From the NCBI GenBank assembly GCA_004431415.1, contig QPMI01000637.1, positions 62,001 to 126,000 on the forward strand: a DNA stretch of 64,000 nt. Direction: 5' to 3'. This DNA is from Cyanophora paradoxa CCMP329. Taxonomy: Eukaryota; Plantae; Glaucophyta. Position numbers and translations under genes: made by a program. The notes beneath the pieces were generated by a model. The model saw nothing but the letters and a program-made list of their open reading frames with translations. It did no database searches and was not told where the DNA came from. Below, piece after piece: positions 53,235-64,000 of the stretch (position 1 is its first letter; every line of letters begins with the position of its first letter).

Positions 53235-55026
53235 CTACGCGGTCTCGGCAGCGACGAAGCCGAAGGGCGCGCCGCCGCCGCCGAGGCCGGAGAAGATGAG
53301 CTGCTGCTCGGCCCTGAAGCCACTCGCGGCTGGCACGGCGAGCGCGCCGCCGTAGAGCGCGTCGTACAGGCTCTGGTCCGCCTGCGCCCCGCTGATGCCC
53401 CCGCCGCCCCCGTCCGCCGAACCCGGCCCCGCCGCCCCGATCTGTCCTCGCCCGCGCCGTCAATTGTTTTAGTAACTGTTTGAATCGACCTTGAGCTTGA
53501 AGAACTGCAACATTAATCGGTATCGGAATCGCGCGCCTTGACCGTGAAGACGAGCTTGGTCGGCTCGCTTGGGTTGACGTAGAAGGAGCCCGGCACGACC
53601 TGCACCCGCGACGGCAGCACCTGCCCGCCCCGCCGAGCCACCGATTAATTCCGAGTTCAGCGAAACTGAAATCCTGCCGATCTGAACTTCGGAGCCGGGC
53701 GCGCCTGGGCGGCGTGGGCGATGCCGTACGTGACGAGCTGCCGCGCCGCCTCGCTCCCACGCCACGCCGCGAGGGCGTCCCCCACCTCCGCCTCCAGCCC
53801 AATCTGCCCCCGCGCCCCCGCCCGGGCCAGGGCGCGTCAGCCCGAGTCGATCGCGAGCGAAAACTCTTTCGCGGCGCCGGCGATTTGCAGGCTGCCCCGC
53901 GCGGCCGCAGCCGGGCCGGAGGCGCATTAAATTTCGCAGCTAGCTATAGCGCTACTGAGGTCGTGCAATTGGCCATGGCTAATATCTAATATCGATATCG
54001 ATATCGTTCTCGCGCGCGTACGCGTGCGCACTTGGTGCTCTCTTTTGCCCGGGGATGCGTCCTCCGTACCAGGGAGAACGCAACCAGCAGCGGAAGGTCC
54101 CGGGACGCTGCAAAAACATTGCCAAAATATTCGCAAGATCTAGATGGGGGCTCGCGAATTTTGCGGTTCGGACCTCGACGCAATGCCCGGCTGGGAGATG
54201 TCAGTCGCACGCCCCGGCGCGCCGCCCCCGACGCTCCAGGTGCAGCAAGGGTCTGCTCGCGGCTTGATTTCGTAAATATGAATTCGCGCAAGTTTCGAGC
54301 GGCAGATGTCGATTAATATTCTGCCGCGGCCGAGTGTGCACGTGCGCACCGCCAAGCTCCCACCTGCGCAAAAAACGCGAATAAATGACAATGATTTCCA
54401 TTCCATGCCATGATCCATGCCACATTAAACAGGCGTGCTCGCCCGTTCGTGTATCCGTCGCGGTCGGAGTCGGCCCGGCACAGCGCGGGGGTCCACTCGA
54501 ACTGCTGGTTCTTGAAGTCCTCGCCTTACATTCCGAAGTTCGGCACGCGCGGCTCGAGGTTTAGTGCAGGCAGTGCGCGCGTGCGATCGCGTGGAGAGAC
54601 GTCTGAAATACGAGAAATCAAAGAAAGCGACGGACCGAACTGATTCAAAGAGCCGCCGCCCTCACGGTTGGCGTGCCCCACGCCAGGCCATGGCTCCCCG
54701 CTGACCACCACGCCCCCCCCGTTCGGGATTCTCGTTTGGAATCTGCAGCCATCCGCTCGCGTTAATTACGTTTCGAATGCGAATTCGAACGATCGCAACG
54801 AATTTCGCGCATCTAAACCTAAATCTACCGGTCTAGATCTATATATAGGGGTGAATAAGTTTTGCGCCGGCGCACGCTCCGGTCCAGATCTCGAGTGCAC
54901 ACTAAGTTTGCCGATTTGCGCGCGCACGTGCGCATGCACGCACCGCGGGTAGGCATCCGCGATCTCGAGCTGCGCGAGGGCGAGGAAGCCCACGGCGAGA
55001 GCGAAGGCGAGCGAAACCGGCCGCAT
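53235..55026 (-). CDS. Secreted temptin-domain protein with an uncharacterised C-terminal extension
   Basis: Signal peptide MRPVSLAFALAVGFLALAQLEIADA, then YPRFQTRIPNG..WPGVGHANREGGGSLNQFGEDFKNQQFEWTPALCRADSDRDGYTNGWELGDPCCTW..TDISQPG (temptin signature DSDxDGxxNGxELGDPxCxW). Linkage of the 3' exons is less certain. Confidence 0.8.
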
Positions 55027-55130
55027 CTTTTTCGCGCCGCGACGAACTGCCGCGCGCAGTACAGCTTTTCGCGGCTCGCGTCGCTTGCGATTATTGGATC
55101 TCCCCTGGCTAAAAACATGTCAACGTATAA

Positions 55131-56604
55131 CTAGCAGACCGCGCCCGGCCCTGTGCAAGTGCGGCAAGTGCGGGCCGCGCGCGGAGGTGCAAGGGGGGGT
55201 ACTGGTACACATTGCAGGGTACTTGGTGGGGAGTGGTGCGGGGGGCGCAGGGGAGGGGGGCGGAGGGGGCAGCTAGAGAGGCAAGGCGGGCGGCCGGGCG
55301 AGGCGGGCGGGGTGGCGAGGCGGGTAGGTGGGGTGGCGACGCGGGCGGCGGCACCAGGCGGGCGGGCAGCTGCAGGCGAGGGCGGCGGCGGGCGGGAAAG
55401 CGGGATCCGGAGGAGAGAAAGGGGCACCAGGCCCTGCACGTAGCCTGTGCATGCGCAGAACCGAGGCGTCAGTTCGCCCCGGACAGCGGCCGTGCGGGGG
55501 CGAGGCCCAGCGGGGGCGGCCGGGCCAGGTGCGCAGCAGCAGCGGCGGAGCGAACCTGGAGTCGACGAAGCTGAGGCAGCCGGCAGGGCGGCGGGCGGGG
55601 AAGCGGGCGGAGCGGCAGATGGCGCTGGGCCCTGCACGTAGCCTGCGCATGCGCAGAACCGAGGCGTCAGTTCGCCCCGGACAGCGGCCGTGCGGGGGCG
55701 GGGCCCAGCGGGGGCGGCCGGGTCAGATGCGAAGCAGCAGCGGCGGGGCGAACCTGGAGTCGACGAAGCTGAAGCAGCCGGCGGGGCGGCGGGCGAGGAA
55801 GCGGGCGGAGCGGCAGGTGGCACCGGGCCCTGCGCGTCGCCTGTGTGCGCGGGGCCGAGGCGTCAGCTCGCCCCGGACAGCGGCGGCGCCGGCGCGGGGC
55901 CCAGGGAGGTCGGCCGGGTGATGCGCGCGGAAGCAGCGGCGCCGGCGGGGCGAACCTGGAGTCGTCGAAGCTGAAGCAGCGGGCGGGGCGACGGGCAGGC
56001 CTAGGGAGCAGCTGCTGAAGCAGCGGGCGCGCGGAGCAGCTGGGAGCAGCGGGCAGGGAAGCAGCCCGGCGCGGCGTACTAGGAGCAGCTGGGAATACTG
56101 CGACGCCGCCAACCTCCGCTAACGTAGTACAGCTAGTACGGCGTGCCGGCCGCGGCCGCGGGTCAAGCTTCAGCCACGCATATATATATACATCCAGTCC
56201 GGCCGCGGGCCGAGGCGTGCGAGTGGTGATCCGCCCCGTACTTGCGCTTGAAGGGCTTGACATCGCCGAGCTGAAGTCCGCCTGAACCGGAGTCCGTCAC
56301 ATGTACACCGAGAGCTAGAGGGTGGGCGAAACGCCGCGGCCCGGGTGCGCACCGGAACGCTGCGTAGCGGGCGCCTTCTTTCTGCACTCTAGCGTGGCTC
56401 CGCGACCTCGACCACCTCTAGATCTATAGCTAGATCTACGCTGCTGGAGGTGCTAGGTACGTGTACCCAGCAATCGCCACAAACTCTCAGGAGCGTTTTT
56501 TTGGGCGCCCGGTACAACAGGTACTTGAGGCGGCCTAGCGTGCCGCGCGCCGCTTTTCGAGCCCGGGCATGTATGGCAAAAGTTGTAGAGCGCATCGAGA
56601 GCAA
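55131..56604 (-). CDS. Hypothetical protein hosting the Pro/Ala/Ser-rich repeated exons; boundaries uncertain
   Basis: Splice-signal-bounded repeated exons and upstream protein-like segments (YLLYRAPKK, GDVKPFKRKYG, YIYAWLKLDP). No family recognised. Confidence 0.3.
55430..55999 (-). repeat. Tandem repeat, 198-bp period, ~2.9 copies; each unit is one exon plus one intron
   Basis: Units start at 55430, 55628 and 55826. On the minus strand each has a cag acceptor, an exon like G-YVQGPAPSAAPPASPPAA..STP, a ccag|gttcgc donor and a ctgac branch motif. Confidence 0.85.
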
Positions 56605-57234
56605 TCAGGAGCACGTGGTCTGGCGCATATAGCGATAGCAGGTGGGGCGCGACCTCGACATGTTTGCTCAGCCCCGCCCTTGCATTTTTTTCCGCCGCTC
56701 GCAGCGGCTACGATGCGATCACACCTAAACGAGAGCGCATGCAAAGAATCTCATCTTACAAAAATTGCTAACACAGAAAGTACGCCGCACCAACTCACCA
56801 GGGGAGCAAGGGAGGGGGTACCCCCCCTTGCAATTAATGCAGGCGCGTACGTGTTCTATCGGGTTTATCTAGATCTTGAACTCCTATATAGCTAACTTAT
56901 AAATTAGAGACTCCCGGGTCCGTGGCACCAGGTGCGCGAGCTCCTCTAAAAGTCCCTCGCGCCGGCGCCGAGTCGCCCTCGCGATCGATAGTCCTCGGCC
57001 GCGGGTCTCGGCAAAACTACGTCTGCCCCCCGGGCCCTCAGGGCCTCATGATCAGGGCTGCCCTCAGATTTGCCAAATTGCGGATTTAAATGAATTTACT
57101 TCAGGAAATCATGATCATGATCATGATCGATATCAGCAAGCGGCTCACTAATTCACGATCAATTTCAGTGAAACTACTGCATGGTGCGCTCCGAGGCTCT
57201 TATAATAATTAGATCTACTTGCAATTGCAATCGG

Positions 57235-59841
57235 CTAGTAGAGGCGATCGAGGGCGCAGGATTGCGAGGGCCCAGGAGGCACTTGGGTGCCGGGCTCCGT
57301 CTGCGCCTCCGGCTCCGCGGGCCCCTCCTCCTGGCCGCCGGGGGGCCCGGCCTCCTCGGCCCACGCGTAGGACCAGGGGCCGAAGTCGCGGCCCCAGAGC
57401 GGCGCCCCCGGGCCCCCCCGGCCCGCCTCCACCTCGAGCTCGCGAAAGGCCGCCACGTTCTCCACGAAGCGCACGATCTGGGCGCGCGCGGGGCGCCGGG
57501 TTGATATTCAATAAATGAGGAAGAGTGCGGGCGAAGTATATTGAGCCCATTTAGAGCGCACGTCGTCGGCGCGGGTGGCGAAGGGGAGGCAGAAGCTGCG
57601 GCGGAGGGCCTCGGAGCCCCACCACGCGAAGAAGCGCCGCGCGTGGGCGAGCGACGGAGCCGCCGCCAGCTCCGTCCGCAGCACGTGCAGCCGCCAGCCG
57701 GCGCCCTGCAGCTGCCGGCGCCCCGGCCGGAGGCGGCCCCGGGGTCAGCCCGCCGAGGCCGACGGCGGAGCTGGGCCGGGAGCGGGGCGGACGGAGAGGG
57801 GCAGCTCGGCGCCGCCGAAGTTCATGCCGACGACGCGCCCGGCGCCGTCCAGCAGCGGGCCCCCCGAGAAGCCGGCCTGCCCGCCCCGTCTCCCCCCGAG
57901 GGGCGGGCGCGGCGGCGGCCCACGCACCTCGGAGTAGGCGGAGTGGAGGAGGACCTCGCCGCCCTCCCACGCGAACGGCAGCTGCGCGCAGGAGATTAGA
58001 GCTGAATAGATCTAGGGACGAAGGGGATCGGGCGCCTTGCCGCCGCCGATCTCGCGGCGGAGCCAGGGGTCGGGGCGCCAGAAGGCGCCGGCGGTGCAGC
58101 AGGGCATGGCGGCCAGCGAGGGAAAGCCGACCGAGGCGACCGCCGCCCCGGGCTCCAGCGGCGCAGTCGACACCGCCGCCTCCTCCACGCACTCCTGCCT
58201 CCCCGCTCGGGGCGGGCGGGGGCGGGCGGGGGCGGGCAGGCGGGCGGGGGCGGGGCGGGGCGGGCGCGGGGCGGACGGGGAGGGCGGCGGGGTCGACGCG
58301 GAGGAGGGCGACGTCCAGCGAGGCGCAGTAGCCGAGCAGCTCGGCCCCCAGGCGGGCGCCCCCCGCGTACACCCGCACCTGGCCCCCGCGTCGAGTCGGG
58401 TCGGAGGCTTCGACAGCGCGCGTGCGCAGAGGGCGCACGGGGCCGCGGGGCGCGCCGTCGGAGCGGGCGAGGAGGGTGTGCGCGCAGGTCACCACCAGGC
58501 CCCGCCCCCGGTCGTAGAGCCACCCCGTCCCCGTCTCCCACGCCTCGCCCCCGAGGCCGCCGCCGGCCTTGCCCTGCCGCGCTCCGAGATCAGGCGGCGC
58601 CGGCGCGCCGGGCCCGGGACGGGCTCGAGCGCGCGCGCCCCGCCGCCGCTGCGCTCAGCGGGCGCCTCGATGCGGACGATGAAGCCGGTGGGGACGGCCT
58701 GCGCGCGCGCGCGCGCCCCGGCGTCGGCCGCAGCCGCGAGGGCGCTCCAGGACGAAGCGCGCGCCGTGCCCCGCCCGGCGAGGCGGGCGCCCTCCTCCGC
58801 CAAGCGGCGCACGCGGGCGCTCAGCTCCGCCTCCGCGAAGAAGGCCCACCGCGCCACCCCCTTCGCCGCCTGCCCCGCCGCCCCCGCCCCGGCGTCACGC
58901 GAGGCGCGCGCCGGCTCCTTCGGCGGAGTGCGCACGGCGTAGGTGCGGGCGGCCTCGGCGGGGCGGCCCGTGCGCTCGAAGGCGCGGGCGAGGAAGAGGA
59001 GGAGCCAGGCGCGGACGAGCCAGGGGGCCCCCCGCCCCTGCGCCACCTCCAGCACCACCTGCGCCCGGCGCGCGCTGAGCGGCGCCGGCGGCGGCGCCGG
59101 GGGCTCCAGCTAAGATGAAGGAGCACGGGTTCGAGGGCAGCGGCGGGGCCGTGGAGGGCGCTGCTGTCGAGGATGTGGAGGAGGCGGAGGAGGAGCCCCG
59201 CGGGGTCCGCCCCCGCGTCCCTCGCGATCTCCAGCGCCTCCTGCCCGCCCCGTCAGGGGGGGGGGAGCGGGGGTGGTAGAGGCGCACGGCGCAGAGGTCG
59301 ACGGCGGCGTCGGGCTCGCCGGACCAGAGGCGCGCCTGCCGCCCCCGCCCGGGCCTCAGGGGCCGGCGGGGCGGGGCGGGGAGGCGCAAGGGGCGGGGCG
59401 GGCCATGGCGAGGTCGGCGAGGGCCTCGGCGGTGCGCAGCGACCGCGGGCTCCGCTCCCGCAGCTCCCCCGCCCCCCGCTGCGAGACGCGAGGGCGTGCC
59501 CCGCGCCCCGGACTCGACCAAGGGCTTGGGATGGGGGGGGGAGGTGGGAGGGGGGTACGGACCTCGAGGGCCTCGCGGGTCTGGACCAGGTCCCCCTCGG
59601 CGCGCTCGAGCGCGCAGGCGCGCCCAGCCCCGGAACCCACGCCGCGCCCCCTCCGCTGGGGCCTATCGGCTTGCTCGGAGGTCGGCTCGCTCGAGGGGGG
59701 TACGGAGGGGGGGATGGAGGGGCCGGTGGGGGGTACGGGGGGCGCGGCGGGGCCGGAGGAGAGCGCCCGCAGGAGCCTTTGTGGGGCGGCGCGGGGACAG
59801 CGGAGGCCGGCGGCGACGCCGCGACACCCGCGCGCGAGCAT
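57235..59841 (-). CDS. Trypsin-like (Trypsin_2/DegP-type) serine protease with N-terminal TPR-like helical region and presequence
   Basis: Catalytic triad motifs GTGW..LVVTCAH, LDVALLRV and GFSGGPLLDGAGRVVGMN. Helical repeats TAEALADLA..LWSGEPDAAVDL and LARAFERTGRPAEAARTY. Start MLARGCRGVAAGLRC..RALSS. Confidence 0.75.
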
Positions 59842-60866
59842 TGCCGCGGGCGCTGGTCTGGGGTACCCCTCCGGCTGCTCAGGAGCGTCAGGGCGGGGGA
59901 AGGGAGGCGGGGGTCCAGGGGCGGGGAGGGGGGCGCCTAGGAGGTGAGGTGAGAGTGGGGCGGGTGAGAGCCTGGGGCGGTGCGGCGTCCAGGTCCAGGC
60001 GCAGCTGAGCTGAAAGCAGCTCACACACGCGTACGGCCTGCGGCGCCCGGCGGGGGCGCGCTCAAAGCGGCCGCTGCGGTGCGGGATGTGAGCGGGATGG
60101 ACGCTCGGCATTGGAGCTGGGCCGGGAGGGCGGGGCATGGAGCAGCGCCGTTCGGCGACGCGACGCACCGAGCTCATGATCAATTGCAAGAAGGCCGCTC
60201 CGCCCAGCGCGCGACTGCTGCCGGCCTCGCGCTCCGCGCCGGCTGCACTTGCAGGTCTAGATTTAGGCCAAGCGCTCGTGCGGCTGGCAGCATGCAGTGC
60301 CGCATACACGCGGACAACGACCGACGACGTCGACCGCTCGGCCGCGGCGCGGCGCGGCGGCTGCGTGCGGCGCGGCGCGTTTCAGCGTACGCCGCTGCAA
60401 TGATGGGCCGAGCGTGTCCGATGGCGATGGGTCGCGCTGCACGCAGCCGCGCTGCACGTTGCTCCAAATTTTCTCGTGCTGCAGGTGCGACCGAATCGAC
60501 CGCTGCAGGCTGACCGCGCGGCAATTGTTTCGCTGAACTGCGTCGAGCTCGCGCGGCGAGCGGCTGCTTTTCCCACCAACCCGCGCACGTCTGTACCCCT
60601 ATGCGCATCGGAGCCTGGTGTTTCTCGGGGCTTTCCGGCGCCGCCGCGCGTCTCACACCTTTTAAACAACGCCATGCTCACTTTCGGGCCGGTTCCGACA
60701 CGGGGCTCACAGCAAGATGGGCCAGGAGCGAGCTTGTGCATCGAGCTCCGCGGGCGCCGCAGCTTCGAGATCGTCAGCCGCGTCGATCAGCCCGCGCGAA
60801 CAGGAAGCTGCAGCTCCCGGCGCGGGAGCGAAGCGCCGGGGAGCGGATATCGATCTGGAGGTGGCC

Positions 60867-63291
60867 ATGGATCCAGATCCAGAAGCGGCGCGGCCCGTGC
60901 GGGCGCGGTTGGTACCGGGCCTCGGACTGGCGCCAGCAATGGCCGCGAGACCGCCCGCCAAGGTCCGCGCGCGAGACCGCCCGGCTCGTGCGCGCCGGGG
61001 GCTCGATTTCGATTTAATTTCGAATTCGAAACGCACGCGGGCACGTCACACGTCGCAGTTTGGGGACTTGGTGCGGTTCCGACCGACGCTGGGCCGCATC
61101 GGGACGTGGTGGATGGACCGGCAGTTCGACGTGCGTGTCAACCGCGGCCTCACATGCATGTCATATGTACACAGGAGCTCGAGCTCACCATCCCCGTCCC
61201 CAGCAAGTGCGGCATGCCCGCGCAGCGCTAGCGCTAGGTCGAAGCTGCACAGGCAGCCGCCCCTCTAAATATTTTCCCGCCCCGACCGCCGCTCGCGCAG
61301 CAAGCACGGGCTGAACAAGGTCAAGATACCTTTGTCTGCAATATCCTACATCCAGGTCCGTCCGCTCTGGATAATGATGGCAGCTGGCTGCGCCGATCGC
61401 GAACCGCGGGGCGCCCCAGAAATACGATACGGCGCCGCACCTGTTCATCGTCATTCGTGCCTTCCGGGATAACATTGGCATCGAAAGCGAGGCGCGCCCC
61501 TGCGCGCGCGTGCGGTCGCTGAACCCTAGGCCTTCGGTTGCCACCCGGCCCTGACGCGCGAGTGCAGGCGTCCTGCAGCGAGGAGCAGCTCTTTCCGTAC
61601 TACGATCATAGTGCCAAGGGTGAGCTTGCTCTTTCCTGCGGTCCCACGCTGTCCCACGCCCCGCCCCCTCGCCTCAAGATCATCGTTCGGGTCGCAGAGA
61701 TCGAGAAGAACTGCATCGTCCTCGTCTTCCCCTGGGACATGCATCCGACCGCCACGCAAATGATGCGCGAGCTGTGCTCGTACCTGTCCGTCCAGATCGC
61801 GCTCGACAATTCTGCGAAGCTGAGGTCAGTTGGCGGCGATCGCGGCTTGTGGGGCGCGGGCGGCGCCCGGGTGCGCGTGACGAGCCGCAGGGACGAGGAC
61901 CGGGCGCGCTACACGGAGCCGGCGGGCAGCGCCGGTCCCTCCACGTGCGCCCCGCCCCGCCCGCCCCGCAGCGCGCCCCGCCCCGCCCCGCCCTGCGCTC
62001 GCCGACCAAATTAAACGAGCACCGCCACGCAGGCCCCGCAATCGGGGGGCTCCGTCGCCCCATCAAGTCGCCAGCGCGGGCCCCGCCGACGCGTCCGCCC
62101 CGGCCCGCCTCGCTATGCCTCGAGCGTGGCCCGGCCGGCCCTACTAACGCGCCCCGCCTCGCAGGCGGGCCGCGAGCTCTCCGTCGAACGATTCAGGCGC
62201 CGCTGCGGGGAGCGGGGAGGAGGCGGCGGGCAACGCGAACAATGCGACATGGAAGTTCGGGTTCATGTCGAAGGAGATTAGGATTGCAGAGCTGATGAAG
62301 GGGCGGGCGGAGCGGGCGGCGCGGCGGAGCGCGGGGGCGGGCGGCAGCGCCGTCGGAACGAGCTCGGACGACGAGGCGGGCGGCGGAGGGGGCGGCGGCG
62401 GCGGCCAGGCGGAGCCCGAGGGGCCTCCTGGGGAGGAGACCCTCCTCCTCCGGCGGCGCCTCCTCGAGGCAGAGCGCGCCGCGGGGGCCGCCCGGGAGGA
62501 GGCCGCCCGGCGCGCGGGGAGGCCGCCGAGGCGGCAGCCGCCCGCGCGAGCCACGCGCGGGAGGCCGAGTGGCTCCGGCGGCAGCTCGCACAGGCGGAGG
62601 GCGCGGCGGAGGCGGCGCGGGCGGAGGCGCGGGCGGCGCGGGGCGGCTGGCGGCGGCCGAGGTCGAGGCGGGGCGCGCCTCGAGGCAGAGCGCTCGAAGG
62701 TGAGGCGGCCCTTTGGAATCCGCTTTGCCTCCCTCGTCGGTGCGGGCGGCAGGCCTCTGACGGCGTCGCAGACGGCGGCGCTGGCGGGGCGGGTGGCGGA
62801 GCTGGAGGGGCGCCTGGCGGGGAGCGTGCCCGTCACCCCCGCCGGCCTCGCGATCGCCTCGGCGGCGGATCGGAGCTCGAGGCGGCGGCGGAGCTCGAGG
62901 CGGCGCAGGGGCGCCTCGCGGAGGGGCTGGGCGCCCTCGCGGCGGCCCTCGTCGCGGCCCGCGTGGCGGAGGCGACGGCAGCCCTGCAGCGGCAGGCGGA
63001 CGACGCGCGCGCCGCGCCGCCCGCGAGCGTGCAGAGCAGCAGCAGTCGCTCTAGATCTGCGTCGCCTGCCTGGAGCGCCCGCCTTCCGTCCTGCTGCTGC
63101 CCTGCCGCCACATGACCGTCTGCGACGCATGCTACGATAGGCACCTCGCCGCCAGCGGCTGGCGGCCGGCGGCGGCCCGGGGGCCCCCCCGCTGCCCCTC
63201 CTGCCGCGCCCCCATCGACCGGAGGCGCTCTGTCCGCGGCGCCTTCCTTCCATGTTTTAAACATCCGATCGAGCAGCTCAGAATTGCCTAG
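60867..63291 (+). CDS. Protein with globular N-terminal domain, coiled coil and C-terminal C3HC4 RING; frame disruptions (assembly error or pseudogene)
   Basis: Spliced start MDPDPEAARP..FGDLVRFRPTLGRIGTWW..KVKIPLSAISYIQ; RING ICVACLERPPSVLLLPCRHMTVCDAC..CPSCRAPI. The coil text switches frame around 62520-62680 and 63015. Confidence 0.6.
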
Positions 63292-64000
63292 GGTGTCCGA
63301 ATATTGCCTTCAGTGGTATATAACGTTTGACCTTGATCAGTGCTTAAGCTTCAATTGCAAGTGCATGTATGATCACTAGTACTAGAACTTAGTCAGTCTT
63401 AAAGATAATTATAACCGCGCGGCCGTCAGAATATTAACATCAAAGCATTCTAAAATCGACGTTGAAAAACCGGATCCCGGAGTCGACGTCGAGCTTCGTA
63501 CGCGTGCATCACCCGTAACATTAATATTCTGTACAAATCACGTTCTAGCTATATATGCTGCCCGGCCCGATATACATATATATACAGCACGTACACTGCA
63601 CATGTACGTATATATACATGCACACTGTACGCGCGGCACGCCGGCGCCCGTTCGGTTCGATGCATATGTATGCATGCGCACTTCAGCTGCCTCAGCCTGG
63701 CAGGGCCTGGGGCCTGATCATGATCAAACGCAACTTGTAAGAAAGCAACGATGGGCGATCATAGTGCGCGTGTGGCTCACCTCTAAGACGCCGTGAAGTT
63801 ACGGGTGATGAAGCCCTCATGGGTTTAGCTCCTCCTGGAACGGCGCTTTGGAGAAATTCGCGCGTTAGACTTCGAAACGCTCGACTTCGAAACGCTCGCA
63901 AAGAGCGAGTTGCTTACCGCAGAGATTGCGCTGCGGAACGGGTTGGGCGACCTCATGGACTTGGATTGGTCGTAGTACGTCCTGAGCTCCTGCTCGGTGA

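Noticed and set aside
55430-55999. Repeat array as CRISPR or a transposon
   Set aside because: Units are contiguous 198-bp copies with no unique spacers, terminal repeats or target-site duplication, and the context is eukaryotic.
61341-61350. ATATCCTA resembling a second U12 donor
   Set aside because: It lies in frame within an exon (AISYIQ) that ends at a normal gtccgt donor, and it lacks the conserved TT and a matching branch/AC.
63868-63898. 15-bp tandem duplication gacttcgaaacgctc, and similar micro-duplications near 47965-48050
   Set aside because: Simple slippage-type duplications with no further structure.

Overview
This is 64 kb of very GC-rich, gene-dense eukaryotic nuclear DNA with about 24 genes, each split by many short (~55-110 nt) spliceosomal introns. 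Most ORF-track entries are shadow ORFs, so gene models were spliced by hand. An N-terminal 'MSAAAF...' plastid transit peptide on a cyanobacterial-type ribosome recycling factor suggests a glaucophyte such as Cyanophora (inference). Recognisable genes: mitochondrial Xaa-Pro aminopeptidase (ICP55/XPNPEP3-like), a TRAF-like protein, a LYR-motif protein, an LSD1-type zinc finger, a SAM methyltransferase, plastid RRF, PDI, a DYRK/HIPK-like kinase, glutathione synthetase, an RBP45/47/NAM8-like RRM protein, an A20/AN1 protein, glycine decarboxylase P, a temptin-domain secreted protein, a helical-repeat trypsin-like protease and two RING proteins. Splicing highlights: an unusual donor consensus G|G[T/C][G/C]CGC with 9 of 33 GDC-P introns GC-AG, 9-21 nt micro-exons, and a U12-type AT-AC intron in glutathione synthetase. 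Protein highlights: rewritten substrate loops in that glutathione synthetase, a protein built from three copies of an unrecognised domain, and a twin beta-helix RING ligase. Intergenic DNA consists of chained 6-bp palindromes and (TGATCA)n. No rRNA, tRNA, CRISPR array or transposon was recognised.
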